From contig JBLIMR010000003.1 in assembly GCA_047638815.1 (NCBI GenBank), positions 16,988-80,987 of the forward strand: a DNA stretch of 64,000 nt. Reading direction: 5' to 3'. Below, one piece after another: positions 40,998 through 51,207 of this stretch. The first letter of the stretch is position 1; every line of letters starts with the position of its first letter. Origin of the DNA: Gammaproteobacteria bacterium (lineage in GTDB: Bacteria > Bacteroidota > Bacteroidia > Flavobacteriales_D > JABDKJ01). The notes beneath the pieces were generated by a model. The model searched no databases and was not told the DNA's origin. It saw nothing but the letters and a program-made list of their open reading frames with translations. Both the position numbers and the translations under genes were made by a program.

Positions 40998-42944
40998 ATG
41001 AAAAAAATATTATTTAGCATTGTAGCCCTTGGGTTAGTAATGACGGGTTTTGCCCAACAAAAAGCGAATTTGGAAGCAGCAAGTGTTGCTCCTAATAAAA
41101 TTAACAAAAAAATAGAAACGAATCACTTTGAAAAGGGAGCTGCTATTTTTTCTGATGATTTCTCTAACGGTCTTGGTGCATGGACAGCGGTCGATTCAGA
41201 AGGGTACGGCATCTGGCATTTAGCTACTGCAGCTTCTCCTGAAGGTGAATTTAGTACTAATATTGGACAATTACAGTCAACTACTGCTAGTAACGGCTGG
41301 ATGATCTTTGATTGTGATGGATTCAATACTGATGTAAATCAAACCGGTACAACTGGTATTGCTTCAGACGTACAAGGTTTCCTAACGACTCCTTCAATCG
41401 ATATGACTGATGAGCCTTCTGTAATTCTTGAATTTCAACAGTATTTTAGATACTGCTGTTTCGGAACATCACCTATGTCAGTACAAGTAAGTAGTGATGG
41501 TGGAGGATCATGGACAACTTTTGCATCTAATGATTACTTTATTGAGTCAGCAAACGCTGCTTCTGATAATGCGATGACTACTACTATGGACATTTCTTGT
41601 GCTGCAGGTGGTGAAGCTGACGTTATGGTTAGATTTGCTTATAATGCTGAATTTGACGCTGGATATTCTCACTATTACTGGGGAGTTGATGATGTAAGTA
41701 TTTATGGAAATGCCAATGTAAACGACATGGCTATTGACCTTGTTACAAATGGTGACATTTGGAATAATTACGAGTACAGAGTAACAGCTTTGGAACAAGC
41801 TGTTTCGGCTGCTGATGGAGGACTTCTTATTGGAACATACTTCAACAACTATGGTACTGCTAACCAAACAAATGTTACACTAACGGTTGAGATTCTTGAT
41901 GATGCAGGAACTGTACTTAACACTAATGTATCTGATGCATTTAATTCTTTGACTTTTGCAAACTCTGCAATTTGTCCAGCTTCCACTGATAGTATTTATA
42001 TTGAAACTGGTTGGGAGCCGACAGTTGAAGGAACATATATTATTAGGTCAACTTTAGTTTCTGCGGATGCTACCGATGATGTACCTGCAGATAATATTGT
42101 AGAGAAATCAATTGAATACACTACTGTTCAAATGGGGCATGATGATGCCACTGCATTTGATCTTGAAATGTTACAAAGTACTGCTGCCAATGGTGATTTC
42201 GAAACTGAAGGGTTTGGTAATCATTACCAAATGACTAATGAAGATTCAGAAGCATTTGGTGTAATTGTTTATTTTGGGCCTAACACTACTCCAGGCTTAA
42301 CGATTGAAGCAAGATTGAATACTACAGATGGATTTGTAAGTGTAGATGACGATTATGAATTTATTGATTATGAGATCCAACCAGAAGATGTCCCTACGTC
42401 AATGGCTGATCCGATTGCTACCTACATTGAGTTTGAAGATACCTACGAGCTACTTACAATAGATGATGGGGCTACATACTTTGCTCTTGTTACTATTCAG
42501 GAGTTAGGTGAAGGTGAATTGACAGTATTGGCAAACGCTAACGCAGATTCAGATTTCTCAACAGGAGAAATTGATCTAAGTGGTGGTGGTGATTTCGTTT
42601 GGTTCAACAGACCAGATGTACCTGCCGTTCGTTTGGCATTAGAAGAGCCTCCTCTAGGACTTGAAGAATTAACACTCTCTGATGGGGTTTCCAATTTTGA
42701 GAACTCTCCAAACCCTGCAACAGACATCACTACAATAAGCTATTCTTTAGTTGAAAAACTAGATATCACGATTGAAGTTGTTGATATGAATGGGAAAGTA
42801 GTTCACTCTGCAGTTCAAGGATCTCAAAATACTGGAGATTATAGGTTTGAGCTTAATGTTTCTGAATATTCTGACGGTGTTTATTTTTATTCATTGATAT
42901 CAGGTAATAAGAAAATGACAAGAAAAATGGTTGTCACTAAATAA
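40998..42944 (+). CDS. Acidic secreted protein with T9SS type-A CTD
   Basis: Signal peptide; jelly-roll-like N-domain (IFSDDFSNGL..W...LTTPSID...VSSDGGGSW...WGVDDV); Ig-like middle; CTD NSPNPATD...DMNGK...GVYFYSL...KMVVTK. Confidence 0.88.
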   Translation: MKKILFSIVALGLVMTGFAQQKANLEAASVAPNKINKKIETNHFEKGAAIFSDDFSNGLGAWTAVDSEGYGIWHLATAASPEGEFSTNIGQLQSTTASNGWMIFDCDGFNTDVNQTGTTGIASDVQGFLTTPSIDMTDEPSVILEFQQYFRYCCFGTSPMSVQVSSDGGGSWTTFASNDYFIESANAASDNAMTTTMDISCAAGGEADVMVRFAYNAEFDAGYSHYYWGVDDVSIYGNANVNDMAIDLVTNGDIWNNYEYRVTALEQAVSAADGGLLIGTYFNNYGTANQTNVTLTVEILDDAGTVLNTNVSDAFNSLTFANSAICPASTDSIYIETGWEPTVEGTYIIRSTLVSADATDDVPADNIVEKSIEYTTVQMGHDDATAFDLEMLQSTAANGDFETEGFGNHYQMTNEDSEAFGVIVYFGPNTTPGLTIEARLNTTDGFVSVDDDYEFIDYEIQPEDVPTSMADPIATYIEFEDTYELLTIDDGATYFALVTIQELGEGELTVLANANADSDFSTGEIDLSGGGDFVWFNRPDVPAVRLALEEPPLGLEELTLSDGVSNFENSPNPATDITTISYSLVEKLDITIEVVDMNGKVVHSAVQGSQNTGDYRFELNVSEYSDGVYFYSLISGNKKMTRKMVVTK

Positions 42945-42965
42945 TCATTTTTCTTTAAAGAATAC

Positions 42966-43003
42966 AAAAAAAGCCAGCTCGATGAATCGAGCTGGCTTTT
43001 TTT
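42966..43003. terminator. Bidirectional intrinsic terminator
   Basis: A7-GCCAGCTCGAT-ga-ATCGAGCTGGC-T7 between convergent genes. Confidence 0.9.
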
Positions 43004-43023
43004 ACATCAATATATTTCCAGAA

Positions 43024-43524
43024 TTATCCTAGGACATTCATCGCTGCAACATAATCCGGCTCTTGGACTATTTCAGGTACTTGCTCTGTATAAATAACCG
43101 TATGATTTTCATCTAGAACAACAATCGCCCTGGAGTGCAAACCAGTCATCGGCCCATCGGCAATATCAACATTGTAATCACTTCCGAAAGAACCATTGGT
43201 AAAATCAGAAAGGCACTCAATTTTATCGATCCCTTCTGCTCCACAGAATCTACCCTGTGCAAAAGGTAAATCTTTAGAAATACAAAGCACCTTTGTATTT
43301 GTTAGGTTTGAAGCCTCCTCATTGAATTTCCTTGTCGACATAGCACAAATACCAGTGTCAATACTTGGATAAATATTTAAAATTACTCTTTGACCCGTAT
43401 AATCCTCCAAGGAGCAAAATGAAAGGTCATTTTTTCTTAATTCAAAAGAAGGTGCTTTAGTGCCAACTTCAGGTAGTTTACCAATTGTATTACATGTATT
43501 TCCTTTTAATGTTATTGCAGCCAT
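43024..43524 (-). CDS. tpx: Thiol peroxidase (atypical 2-Cys peroxiredoxin)
   Basis: PSIDTGIC, SKDLPFAQGRFCG and EPDY; TACCTTTG promoter element at 43547-43554. Confidence 0.95.
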   Translation of the reverse strand: MAAITLKGNTCNTIGKLPEVGTKAPSFELRKNDLSFCSLEDYTGQRVILNIYPSIDTGICAMSTRKFNEEASNLTNTKVLCISKDLPFAQGRFCGAEGIDKIECLSDFTNGSFGSDYNVDIADGPMTGLHSRAIVVLDENHTVIYTEQVPEIVQEPDYVAAMNVLG

Positions 43525-43699
43525 ATCTTCTATTTATAATTTTGAGCAAAGGTAAGAGAATGAATTTTGATTAAACATTTTAAATTGTATCATGCCTCCT
43601 ATCCTTTAAGAATACCAAATGAGTGAGCTTAGCAGTCATTATTAATAATCTTACAAATTGAGTGCTTCAATCCCTTCTTGTTTGTTTTATCTTTGTGGG

Positions 43700-44767
43700 A
43701 TGAAAAAATTGGGAGAAATACGATGTATTAGTCCATCCAACATTGCTTTGGTAAAGTATTGGGGTAAACATGCCGTGCAGCTTCCCGCCAATCCTTCAAT
43801 TAGTTTTAGTCTAAAAAATTGTGTGAGCGAGACAGTCGTTACATTGACCGAAACCTCGAATTCAGAATTTATCAAGAAGGGAAATGTAGATTTTGATTTT
43901 AAATTGGATGGGAAGTATAAACCCGAATTTGAAGAAAAGATTCATTCGTTCTTCAAGCGTGTATCCTCATTTATTCCTAATACTTCAAAGTACAAAATTA
44001 CAATTGACTCAAAGAATTCTTTTCCACATTCCAGTGGCATTGCGTCTTCCGCGTCAGCATTTAGCGCATTATCGGGGTGCCTGATCGAATGGGAAAGAAC
44101 TTTAATAGATGGAGAAAAGAATGAAGACTATTACAGGAATTTATCTCAAATGGCGAGGTTAGGATCAGGTAGTGCTGCCAGAAGTATCAATGGTGGGTTT
44201 TCGCTATGGGGCAGCTATAGTCAAGTAAAAGGCTCCTCTGATGAGTACGCTATTTCTATCAACGAGATTAATCCAATTTTTCAAGATCTCCAGGATACCA
44301 TACTTTTGGTGGACAAAGGGGTTAAGAAGGTCTCTTCCACGATCGGTCATGAATTAATGAATAATCACCCTTACGCTAAACAAAGATTTGTTCAAGCAAA
44401 TGCAAACATCACGACTCTATTGGGTATTTTGAAGAATGATAGTTTCAAAGATTTCACGCATTTAGTTGAGGAAGAAGCGCTCTCTTTACACGCCATGATG
44501 CTAACCTCTAACCCTTCATATATACTCTTCAGACCCAACACAATAGCTATTATTGAGAAGGTTCGAGAATTTAGAGATTCGGAAAACATTCCAATATGTT
44601 TCACGTTAGATGCAGGTGCTAATGTCCATTTAATTTACCCTAAAGCGTTTATTAACAAAACACTGGAATTTATTGAAAAAGAATTAGTAGGATTTTGTGA
44701 GAATGGAGCGTACATTTGTGATGAAGTCGGTGATGGACAGAAGATTATAACTGAAATTTATGCTTAA
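43700..44767 (+). CDS. mvaD: Diphosphomevalonate decarboxylase
   Basis: SNIALVKYWGK, GIASSAS, ARLGSGSAARS and FTLDAGANVH. ATG 43700 follows the TATCTTTG element at 43688-43695. Confidence 0.92.
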   Translation: MKKLGEIRCISPSNIALVKYWGKHAVQLPANPSISFSLKNCVSETVVTLTETSNSEFIKKGNVDFDFKLDGKYKPEFEEKIHSFFKRVSSFIPNTSKYKITIDSKNSFPHSSGIASSASAFSALSGCLIEWERTLIDGEKNEDYYRNLSQMARLGSGSAARSINGGFSLWGSYSQVKGSSDEYAISINEINPIFQDLQDTILLVDKGVKKVSSTIGHELMNNHPYAKQRFVQANANITTLLGILKNDSFKDFTHLVEEEALSLHAMMLTSNPSYILFRPNTIAIIEKVREFRDSENIPICFTLDAGANVHLIYPKAFINKTLEFIEKELVGFCENGAYICDEVGDGQKIITEIYA

Positions 44768-45686
44768 GGAAGCACTATACAACGGAAAAATATTACTCTT
44801 TGGAGAATATGGGATCATCCAAGATTCTATGGGACTCTCTATTCCCTATGATATATATAAAGGTTCTCTAAAATTTGACAAATCAAACAAGGAAGCAAAA
44901 TCTTCAACTGAATCTCTTATTAAATTCCGAAATTATCTCAAAAACGACATAGAATTATCAAGCATCCTAGATGTTGATCAATTCTCTATTGATTTGGATA
45001 GTGGAATGTTCTTTGACTCTAGTATTCCGCAAGGATACGGAGTTGGAAGTTCTGGTGCTATCGTAGCAGCCATTTATGATGGTTATGCAATCGATAAAAT
45101 TAAAGCAGATGAAAATCCAAACAACCAAAATCTCATTACTTTAAAGAGAGTTTTCGGGTTGATGGAATCATTTTTTCATGGCAAGAGTTCCGGGTTGGAT
45201 CCATTAATCTGCTACCTCAACCTCCCTATTCTTATTCGGTCAAAAGAAGAAATGAGGACCGTAGGCTTACCTCAGGAAAACAATGGGAAGGGTGCAATAT
45301 TCCTATTAAACACTGGAATAAAAGGCAAAACTCAACCTCTTGTTACCCATTTTATGGAGCGATGCAAAGAAGAGGGATTTAGAAAGATGTTGAAATCTGA
45401 GTTTAAGAAATATAACGATGCTGCCATTGAATCGTTCCTAAATAAAGACTTCTCTCCTCTTCTCTCTAATGTAAAGCAACTTTCGAGGGTGGTTCTGGAT
45501 CATTTCAAACCAATGATACCTAAGGTATTTCAAAAACTGTGGAAAGAGGGATTGGATAGCAATTTATATTACCTCAAACTTTGTGGATCAGGAGGCGGTG
45601 GATTTATCCTTGGATTTACAGAAGATTTTGAAAAAGCTCAAGATCACTTAAAGGATTATGAGCTGAGCAAAATATACATGTTCTAA
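44760..45686 (+). CDS. mvk: Mevalonate kinase
   Basis: KILLFGEY, PQGYGVGSSGA, HGKSSGLD and KLCGSGGGG; overlaps mvaD. Confidence 0.9.
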   Translation: MLKEALYNGKILLFGEYGIIQDSMGLSIPYDIYKGSLKFDKSNKEAKSSTESLIKFRNYLKNDIELSSILDVDQFSIDLDSGMFFDSSIPQGYGVGSSGAIVAAIYDGYAIDKIKADENPNNQNLITLKRVFGLMESFFHGKSSGLDPLICYLNLPILIRSKEEMRTVGLPQENNGKGAIFLLNTGIKGKTQPLVTHFMERCKEEGFRKMLKSEFKKYNDAAIESFLNKDFSPLLSNVKQLSRVVLDHFKPMIPKVFQKLWKEGLDSNLYYLKLCGSGGGGFILGFTEDFEKAQDHLKDYELSKIYMF

Positions 45687-45688
45687 CA

Positions 45689-46579
45689 TTGGCTGCTCAC
45701 TTCTTAAGCCGAAAACTAAGGTTTTCCTTATTTAAAATATATGTCGTTCTATCTCTTGTGAGATGGTACAATGTCTTACTAATCGCTTTTGGGCTTTATT
45801 TATCGGCTCTATACCTCTTCAACATTGGTGAACCTCATTTGGAGGTCCTTAAAGATTATAAATTACATCTTGAAGTAGTGGCTTTATCATTGTTTATAAT
45901 GTCTGGCTATATCATTAATGCCTTTTATGATTTAGAAAAGGATCTTATTAACGATCCGAAAAAAGCAATTTTTGATCGCTTAATCAGTAAGGAAATTAGC
46001 TTCATGGCATATTTCGCATTTAACGGCATTGGCGCTTTTTTAAGTTTGTTTATCTCATGGCCAGTTTTTCTAACCAACGTTTTTTTTAGTTTTGCTCTTT
46101 GGTTCTACTCACATAAAATGCGTAAAAAGGCGATGCTCAGTGAATTTGCAGCTTCGCTACTAACGATACTGCCTTTTATCAGTTTAAGTATCTATTATGA
46201 TTATACCAATCAAACAATTCTTCTTTTTTTTCTGTTTCTGGGCACACTAATTTTCACGCGTGAAGTGATAAAAAAAATGATCGCTTTAAAAGGGGATTTG
46301 ATACTTGGTGATAAATCTATTCCAATAGTTTTCGGCACGAACAAAACCAAAAGGCTAATCATAACTTTATTGATATTCACCAGCCTCCTAGTTGTACCGG
46401 TCTCTATTGTTGTGCAAAGCACAATTGTTCATGGGTTTTTGGCTCTGGTTGTACTATCGATTATCGTAAATTTTTATCTCACTACAAGCAAGGGCGCAAA
46501 CAATTATAGTAAAATGAATATCATCTACAAAGCACTACTTATTCTTGCGCTACTTTGTGTTCCATTCCTATTCGCTTAA
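45689..46579 (+). CDS. UbiA-family prenyltransferase (DGGGP-synthase-like)
   Basis: GYIINAFYDLEKDLIN and REVIK...GD motifs; about 8 TM helices; in an operon with mvaD and mvk. Confidence 0.85.
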   Translation: MAAHFLSRKLRFSLFKIYVVLSLVRWYNVLLIAFGLYLSALYLFNIGEPHLEVLKDYKLHLEVVALSLFIMSGYIINAFYDLEKDLINDPKKAIFDRLISKEISFMAYFAFNGIGAFLSLFISWPVFLTNVFFSFALWFYSHKMRKKAMLSEFAASLLTILPFISLSIYYDYTNQTILLFFLFLGTLIFTREVIKKMIALKGDLILGDKSIPIVFGTNKTKRLIITLLIFTSLLVVPVSIVVQSTIVHGFLALVVLSIIVNFYLTTSKGANNYSKMNIIYKALLILALLCVPFLFA

Positions 46580-46687
46580 GTCAGGTATAAGCATACAATT
46601 ATGTGTCCAATAAAGACAATAATTTAACAACTCAAATCGGATAAAATGATAAATTATTAGGAAATTCACATTCTAATAATTTAAAGA

Positions 46688-49090
46688 GTGAAACACATAC
46701 TTATATTACTTATTTCGTTCTTAATTCCCTACCTAGGAGTCACTCAATCATTCACAATTTCTGGCAATATCACTGATTCATCTTCGGGAGAATCGTTAAT
46801 TGGGGCATCATTATTTGATAAACCATCAGGGTTTGGTACGATATCGAATACCTATGGCTACTATTCTATTACACTTCAAGCCGGAGAACACATTTTGAAA
46901 TTTGACTACCTGGGGTTTGATTTACAAGAAAAAATCATTGATCTGAAAGAAGACTTAACTCTGGATATAAACCTTGTTCCAAGCATCCTTAAAATGAATG
47001 AAGTTGTCATTCGAGGAAACAAAAAAAAGTCTTTAGAAAGCACTCAAATGAGTGCTACGGAAATGGAGGTAAAGCAAATAAAAAAATTACCTGTGTTAAT
47101 GGGTGAAGTTGACATACTAAAAACAATTCAACTACTTCCTGGAATTCAATCTGCAGGTGAGGGAAATGCAGGATTCTATGTTCGTGGTGGTGGTCCAGAT
47201 CAAAACTTGATATTACTTGATGAGGCTGTTGTATACAACGCATCACATTTATTTGGATTCTTTTCCGTTTTTAATGCAGATGCCGTTAAAAACATCGAAT
47301 TAATCAAAGGTGGTATGCCCGCAAAGTATGGTGGCAGATTGGCTTCCGTTTTGGACATAAGTATGAACGAGGGGAACAATAAAAAATTCGCTGGAAATGG
47401 AGGAATAGGAATTATTTCTTCTAGATTGACTCTTGAGGGTCCTATTATTAAAGAGAAGGCCTCCTTCATTGTATCTGGTAGAAGAACATATGTAGATGCA
47501 TTGTTGAGGCCTGTGATCAAAAATAATGATAATCTAGGTGGCACTGGATATTATTTCTATGATCTAAACACGAAACTGAATTATCGATTTTCAGACAAAG
47601 ACAAAATCTATCTTTCGGGATATTTCGGAAGGGACAACTTGGATGTTAGTCTTCCTAATAGTGGTTTGGGTATAAAAATGCCGTGGGGAAATGCCATCAG
47701 CTCTTTAAGATGGAATCATCTTATAAAAAAGAAACTATTCGTAAATACCACAGCTACATTCACTGATTACAATTTCACCTTTGAAGGTTTGCAGGGTGAT
47801 GATTTTAGTTTCAAACTGATCTCCGGAATAAGAGATTGGACCTTTAAAAATGACTGGAGTTATTACCCAAATCCACGACACGAAATAAAATTTGGCGTTG
47901 GATATGTCGATCATAAATACTCCCCTTCCTCTGTTGAAGTATCATCAGGTGATACAGAATTCGATACGGGAGAAAGAGAGGATATTTTCGCGAATGAGGC
48001 TAATGTTTATATACAAGATGATTATAAAATATCTAACAAGTTAAAAGCAAATATTGGGCTCCGAGTTCCTTATTTCATTCACATTGGCCCTTTTAATCGT
48101 TACGTAAAAGAAGGTGGAAATACGGTAGACATTATCACCTATGATGAAGGTGAAAAGATTGTTGATTACATCGGTTTGGAACCAAGAATGTCATTCCGTT
48201 ATAAACTAAATGAATTTTCTTCCCTGAAATCTGCATTCACAAGAAACTTGCAATTCATCCATCTACTAAGCTTCTCCCCTACTGGTCTTCCAACTGATCT
48301 TTGGATCCCAAGTTCTGACAAAGTAAAACCACAAATAGGATTACAATACAACCTAGGATATTTCAGAAATTTTAGGGATGACAATTATGAAACATCCGTG
48401 GAGATTTATTACAAAACCTTAGAAAATCAAATTGAATATCGAGAAGGAGAAAGACCTGAAAATGGTGTAAATAATAATGTAGATAATCAATTAACATTTG
48501 GTGATGGCCTTTCTTATGGTGCAGAATTTTTCGTGAAAAAGAAATATGGAAGATTAACTGGGTGGGTTGGATATACATGGAGTAAGACTACCCGTCAATT
48601 TAAAGAACTAAGTGAAGGGGAAGAATACTCCGCACGATTTGACCGGAGACATGACATGTCCATTGTTGGAAGTTACGATCTCAGCAAAAAATGGGTGTTG
48701 AGCAGTAGCTTTATTTTTGCAACTGGGAACGCTATCACCTTACCTCAATCTTGGTATTTGTTGCCCAATGAAGGAACTCTTGGATATACCTATGGAGCAA
48801 AGAATGAGAGCAGGATGGTGAACTCGCATCGATTGGATTTATCCGCAACATATTCAAAGGGAGATACGCCAGACGAAAACCTTGATACCCAAGATGGGGA
48901 AAAAATAAAAAGAAAGAAGTTTAAGTCTTCATGGACTTTCGCAATTTACAACGCATATGCCAGACAAAATCCTTATTTTATCTACCTCGATCCATTTGGA
49001 CAACCGGGCGATGAAAATTTCGAAATTGTAGCAAAGCAAGTTAGTTTGTTTTCAATTATACCATCCATAACATGGAATTTTAACTTCTAG
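46688..49090 (+). CDS. TonB-dependent outer-membrane receptor
   Basis: Carboxypeptidase-like N-domain, plug (LLPGI...VRGGGPDQNLILLD...KYGGRLASV) and barrel ending in WNFNF. Confidence 0.93.
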   Translation: MKHILILLISFLIPYLGVTQSFTISGNITDSSSGESLIGASLFDKPSGFGTISNTYGYYSITLQAGEHILKFDYLGFDLQEKIIDLKEDLTLDINLVPSILKMNEVVIRGNKKKSLESTQMSATEMEVKQIKKLPVLMGEVDILKTIQLLPGIQSAGEGNAGFYVRGGGPDQNLILLDEAVVYNASHLFGFFSVFNADAVKNIELIKGGMPAKYGGRLASVLDISMNEGNNKKFAGNGGIGIISSRLTLEGPIIKEKASFIVSGRRTYVDALLRPVIKNNDNLGGTGYYFYDLNTKLNYRFSDKDKIYLSGYFGRDNLDVSLPNSGLGIKMPWGNAISSLRWNHLIKKKLFVNTTATFTDYNFTFEGLQGDDFSFKLISGIRDWTFKNDWSYYPNPRHEIKFGVGYVDHKYSPSSVEVSSGDTEFDTGEREDIFANEANVYIQDDYKISNKLKANIGLRVPYFIHIGPFNRYVKEGGNTVDIITYDEGEKIVDYIGLEPRMSFRYKLNEFSSLKSAFTRNLQFIHLLSFSPTGLPTDLWIPSSDKVKPQIGLQYNLGYFRNFRDDNYETSVEIYYKTLENQIEYREGERPENGVNNNVDNQLTFGDGLSYGAEFFVKKKYGRLTGWVGYTWSKTTRQFKELSEGEEYSARFDRRHDMSIVGSYDLSKKWVLSSSFIFATGNAITLPQSWYLLPNEGTLGYTYGAKNESRMVNSHRLDLSATYSKGDTPDENLDTQDGEKIKRKKFKSSWTFAIYNAYARQNPYFIYLDPFGQPGDENFEIVAKQVSLFSIIPSITWNFNF

Positions 49091-49092
49091 AT

Positions 49093-50055
49093 ATGAGTAA
49101 AAAACAAATTATTTCACAAAGTATATTAATTGTTTTTACAAGCTTTTTAGTTTACAGTTGCACCAAAGAAGTAACATTGGAATTCCCGGAGTCAGAACAA
49201 AAAATTGTAGTGGACGGCACCATAGAACCAGGTAGTCCTCCATTTATTTTTCTGACACAATCGAATAGTTTTAATGTCGGTGTTGATCCAAGTACACTTG
49301 GAGAATTATTACTCAATGGGGCTAACGTGATAATAAATGACGGTGCAAGTGATTTTCAATTACAAGAAATTTGTGTTAGCGACCTTGATTCCATCCAACT
49401 ATCGATGTTAAGCGTAAGTATTGGTATCTCAGCGCAACAACTGGCAAATATAAATTACTGCATATACACCAACTTTAGCCTAATAGGAGAAGTTGGAAAG
49501 ACCTACAATTTGACTGTCGAGTATCAAAACACAACACTAACAAGTGCTACTTCTATATTGACTCCGGTAACGATTGACTCGTTATGGTTTCAAAAAAATG
49601 CAAGCGATAGTCTTGGCTTAATCCACGGTATCTTATCAGACCCGCCAGGAGAATACAACGCGTATAGGTGGTTTGCTCAAAGAATCAGCCTAGACACAAT
49701 AACAAATGAACCTGAAGATCCCTTCTTCATTGCTCCATTGGGATCTGCTTTTGACGATCAGTTTTTCGAAGGTCTAACATTTGAATTTTTTGCCGCAAGA
49801 GGGTCTGAATTTAATTCTGATGCTGAAGAAGACAATAATTCTGAAGCCGGTTTATTCAAATCTGGTGATACTGTTGTCGTTAAATTCTGTTCTATTACTG
49901 AAGATTCCTATAGGTTTTATTTCACATTGGAAGATCAAATTCTGAACAATGGATCCCCTTTTGCTACACCAGGAAATATTCCAAGCAACATTAATGGTGG
50001 TCTGGGAATCTGGACAGGATATAGTCCATATATCGACACTTTGATCTTGCCATAA
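49093..50055 (+). CDS. DUF4249 family lipoprotein
   Basis: Lipobox VYS-C, KIVVDGTI and PSNINGGLGIWTG; 2 nt downstream of the TonB receptor. Confidence 0.82.
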   Translation: MSKKQIISQSILIVFTSFLVYSCTKEVTLEFPESEQKIVVDGTIEPGSPPFIFLTQSNSFNVGVDPSTLGELLLNGANVIINDGASDFQLQEICVSDLDSIQLSMLSVSIGISAQQLANINYCIYTNFSLIGEVGKTYNLTVEYQNTTLTSATSILTPVTIDSLWFQKNASDSLGLIHGILSDPPGEYNAYRWFAQRISLDTITNEPEDPFFIAPLGSAFDDQFFEGLTFEFFAARGSEFNSDAEEDNNSEAGLFKSGDTVVVKFCSITEDSYRFYFTLEDQILNNGSPFATPGNIPSNINGGLGIWTGYSPYIDTLILP

Positions 50056-50167
50056 ATTAAATCTGACGGAGTGAATTCAAAGTTTAAATTGTATTCTTAT
50101 AGTATTTGAATCTTCTTAATGGTATTTTTCCTTTAAAAGAATTTATAACTTTGTAAAAAATTAAACT

Positions 50168-51118
50168 ATGAGTGAAACACCTGAGCACGTTAAGTGCCTT
50201 ATCATTGGATCAGGTCCAGCTGGATTTACAGCAGCAATATATGCGTCAAGAGCAAATTTAAATCCTGTTATGTATCACGGAATGCAACCTGGTGGTCAGC
50301 TAACTACGACCACAGAAGTAGATAACTTTCCTGGATATCCTGATGGTGTAAGTGGACCAGAAATGATGGTTCAGCTTGAGAAACAAGCGGTTAGGTTTGG
50401 AACTAGTGTTCGTCACGGTCTTGTTACTAAAGTAGATTTCACAGGCCCTATTCATAAGGCTTGGGTAGACAATGACAAAGAAATTCATGCAGAGACAGTG
50501 ATTATATCCACTGGTGCAACTGCAAGGTACTTAGGTTTAGAGTCTGAACAACACTATTTGCAAAATGGTGGTGGCGTCTCCGCATGTGCAGTGTGTGATG
50601 GTTTTTTCTACAAAGGGCAGGATGTATTAATTGTCGGAGCAGGTGATTCTGCTTGTGAAGAAGCTTCTTACCTCTCTAACATATGTACAAAAGTGACTAT
50701 GCTGGTTAGAAAAGATGTCTTCAGGGCTTCAAAGATCATGGCAAAAAGAGTTGAAAGCATTGACAATATTGAAATCCTATTCAATACGGAACTGGATGAA
50801 GTATTGGGAGATGGCAATGTTGTAACTGGTGCTAAAATCCGAAACAATAAAACAGATGAAGTATCTGAATTAGCAGTTACAGGTGCATTTATTGCCATCG
50901 GTCATGACCCAAATACTGGAATCTTCAAAGAATACGTTGATACTTATGACACTGGTTACATCAAAAAGACACCAGATACCGCCAAGACAAATGTGCCTGG
51001 AGTATTTGTCTCGGGTGATGCTGCAGATAAAGAATATAAGCAAGCAATTACTGCCGCTGGAACTGGCTGTATGGCCGCTTTGGATGCTGAACGTTATCTT
51101 GCAGCCTTGGCTGACTAA
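50168..51118 (+). CDS. trxB: Thioredoxin-disulfide reductase
   Basis: IIGSGPAG, GGQL, SACAVCDG and QAITAAGTG; TAACTTTG promoter element at 50146-50153. Confidence 0.96.
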   Translation: MSETPEHVKCLIIGSGPAGFTAAIYASRANLNPVMYHGMQPGGQLTTTTEVDNFPGYPDGVSGPEMMVQLEKQAVRFGTSVRHGLVTKVDFTGPIHKAWVDNDKEIHAETVIISTGATARYLGLESEQHYLQNGGGVSACAVCDGFFYKGQDVLIVGAGDSACEEASYLSNICTKVTMLVRKDVFRASKIMAKRVESIDNIEILFNTELDEVLGDGNVVTGAKIRNNKTDEVSELAVTGAFIAIGHDPNTGIFKEYVDTYDTGYIKKTPDTAKTNVPGVFVSGDAADKEYKQAITAAGTGCMAALDAERYLAALAD

Positions 51119-51207
51119 ATCTATTTAAGATAAAATATAAACTCCCTAATCGTTAATTCGTTTAGGAAGTTTTCTTTTTTTAACTTTGGGGTTAAACGCG
51201 AAATATT

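Noticed and set aside
46688-50055. TonB receptor plus lipoprotein as a SusC/SusD polysaccharide-utilisation locus
   Set aside because: It lacks SusC/SusD signatures and nearby glycoside hydrolases, and fits the common TonB receptor/DUF4249 pair.
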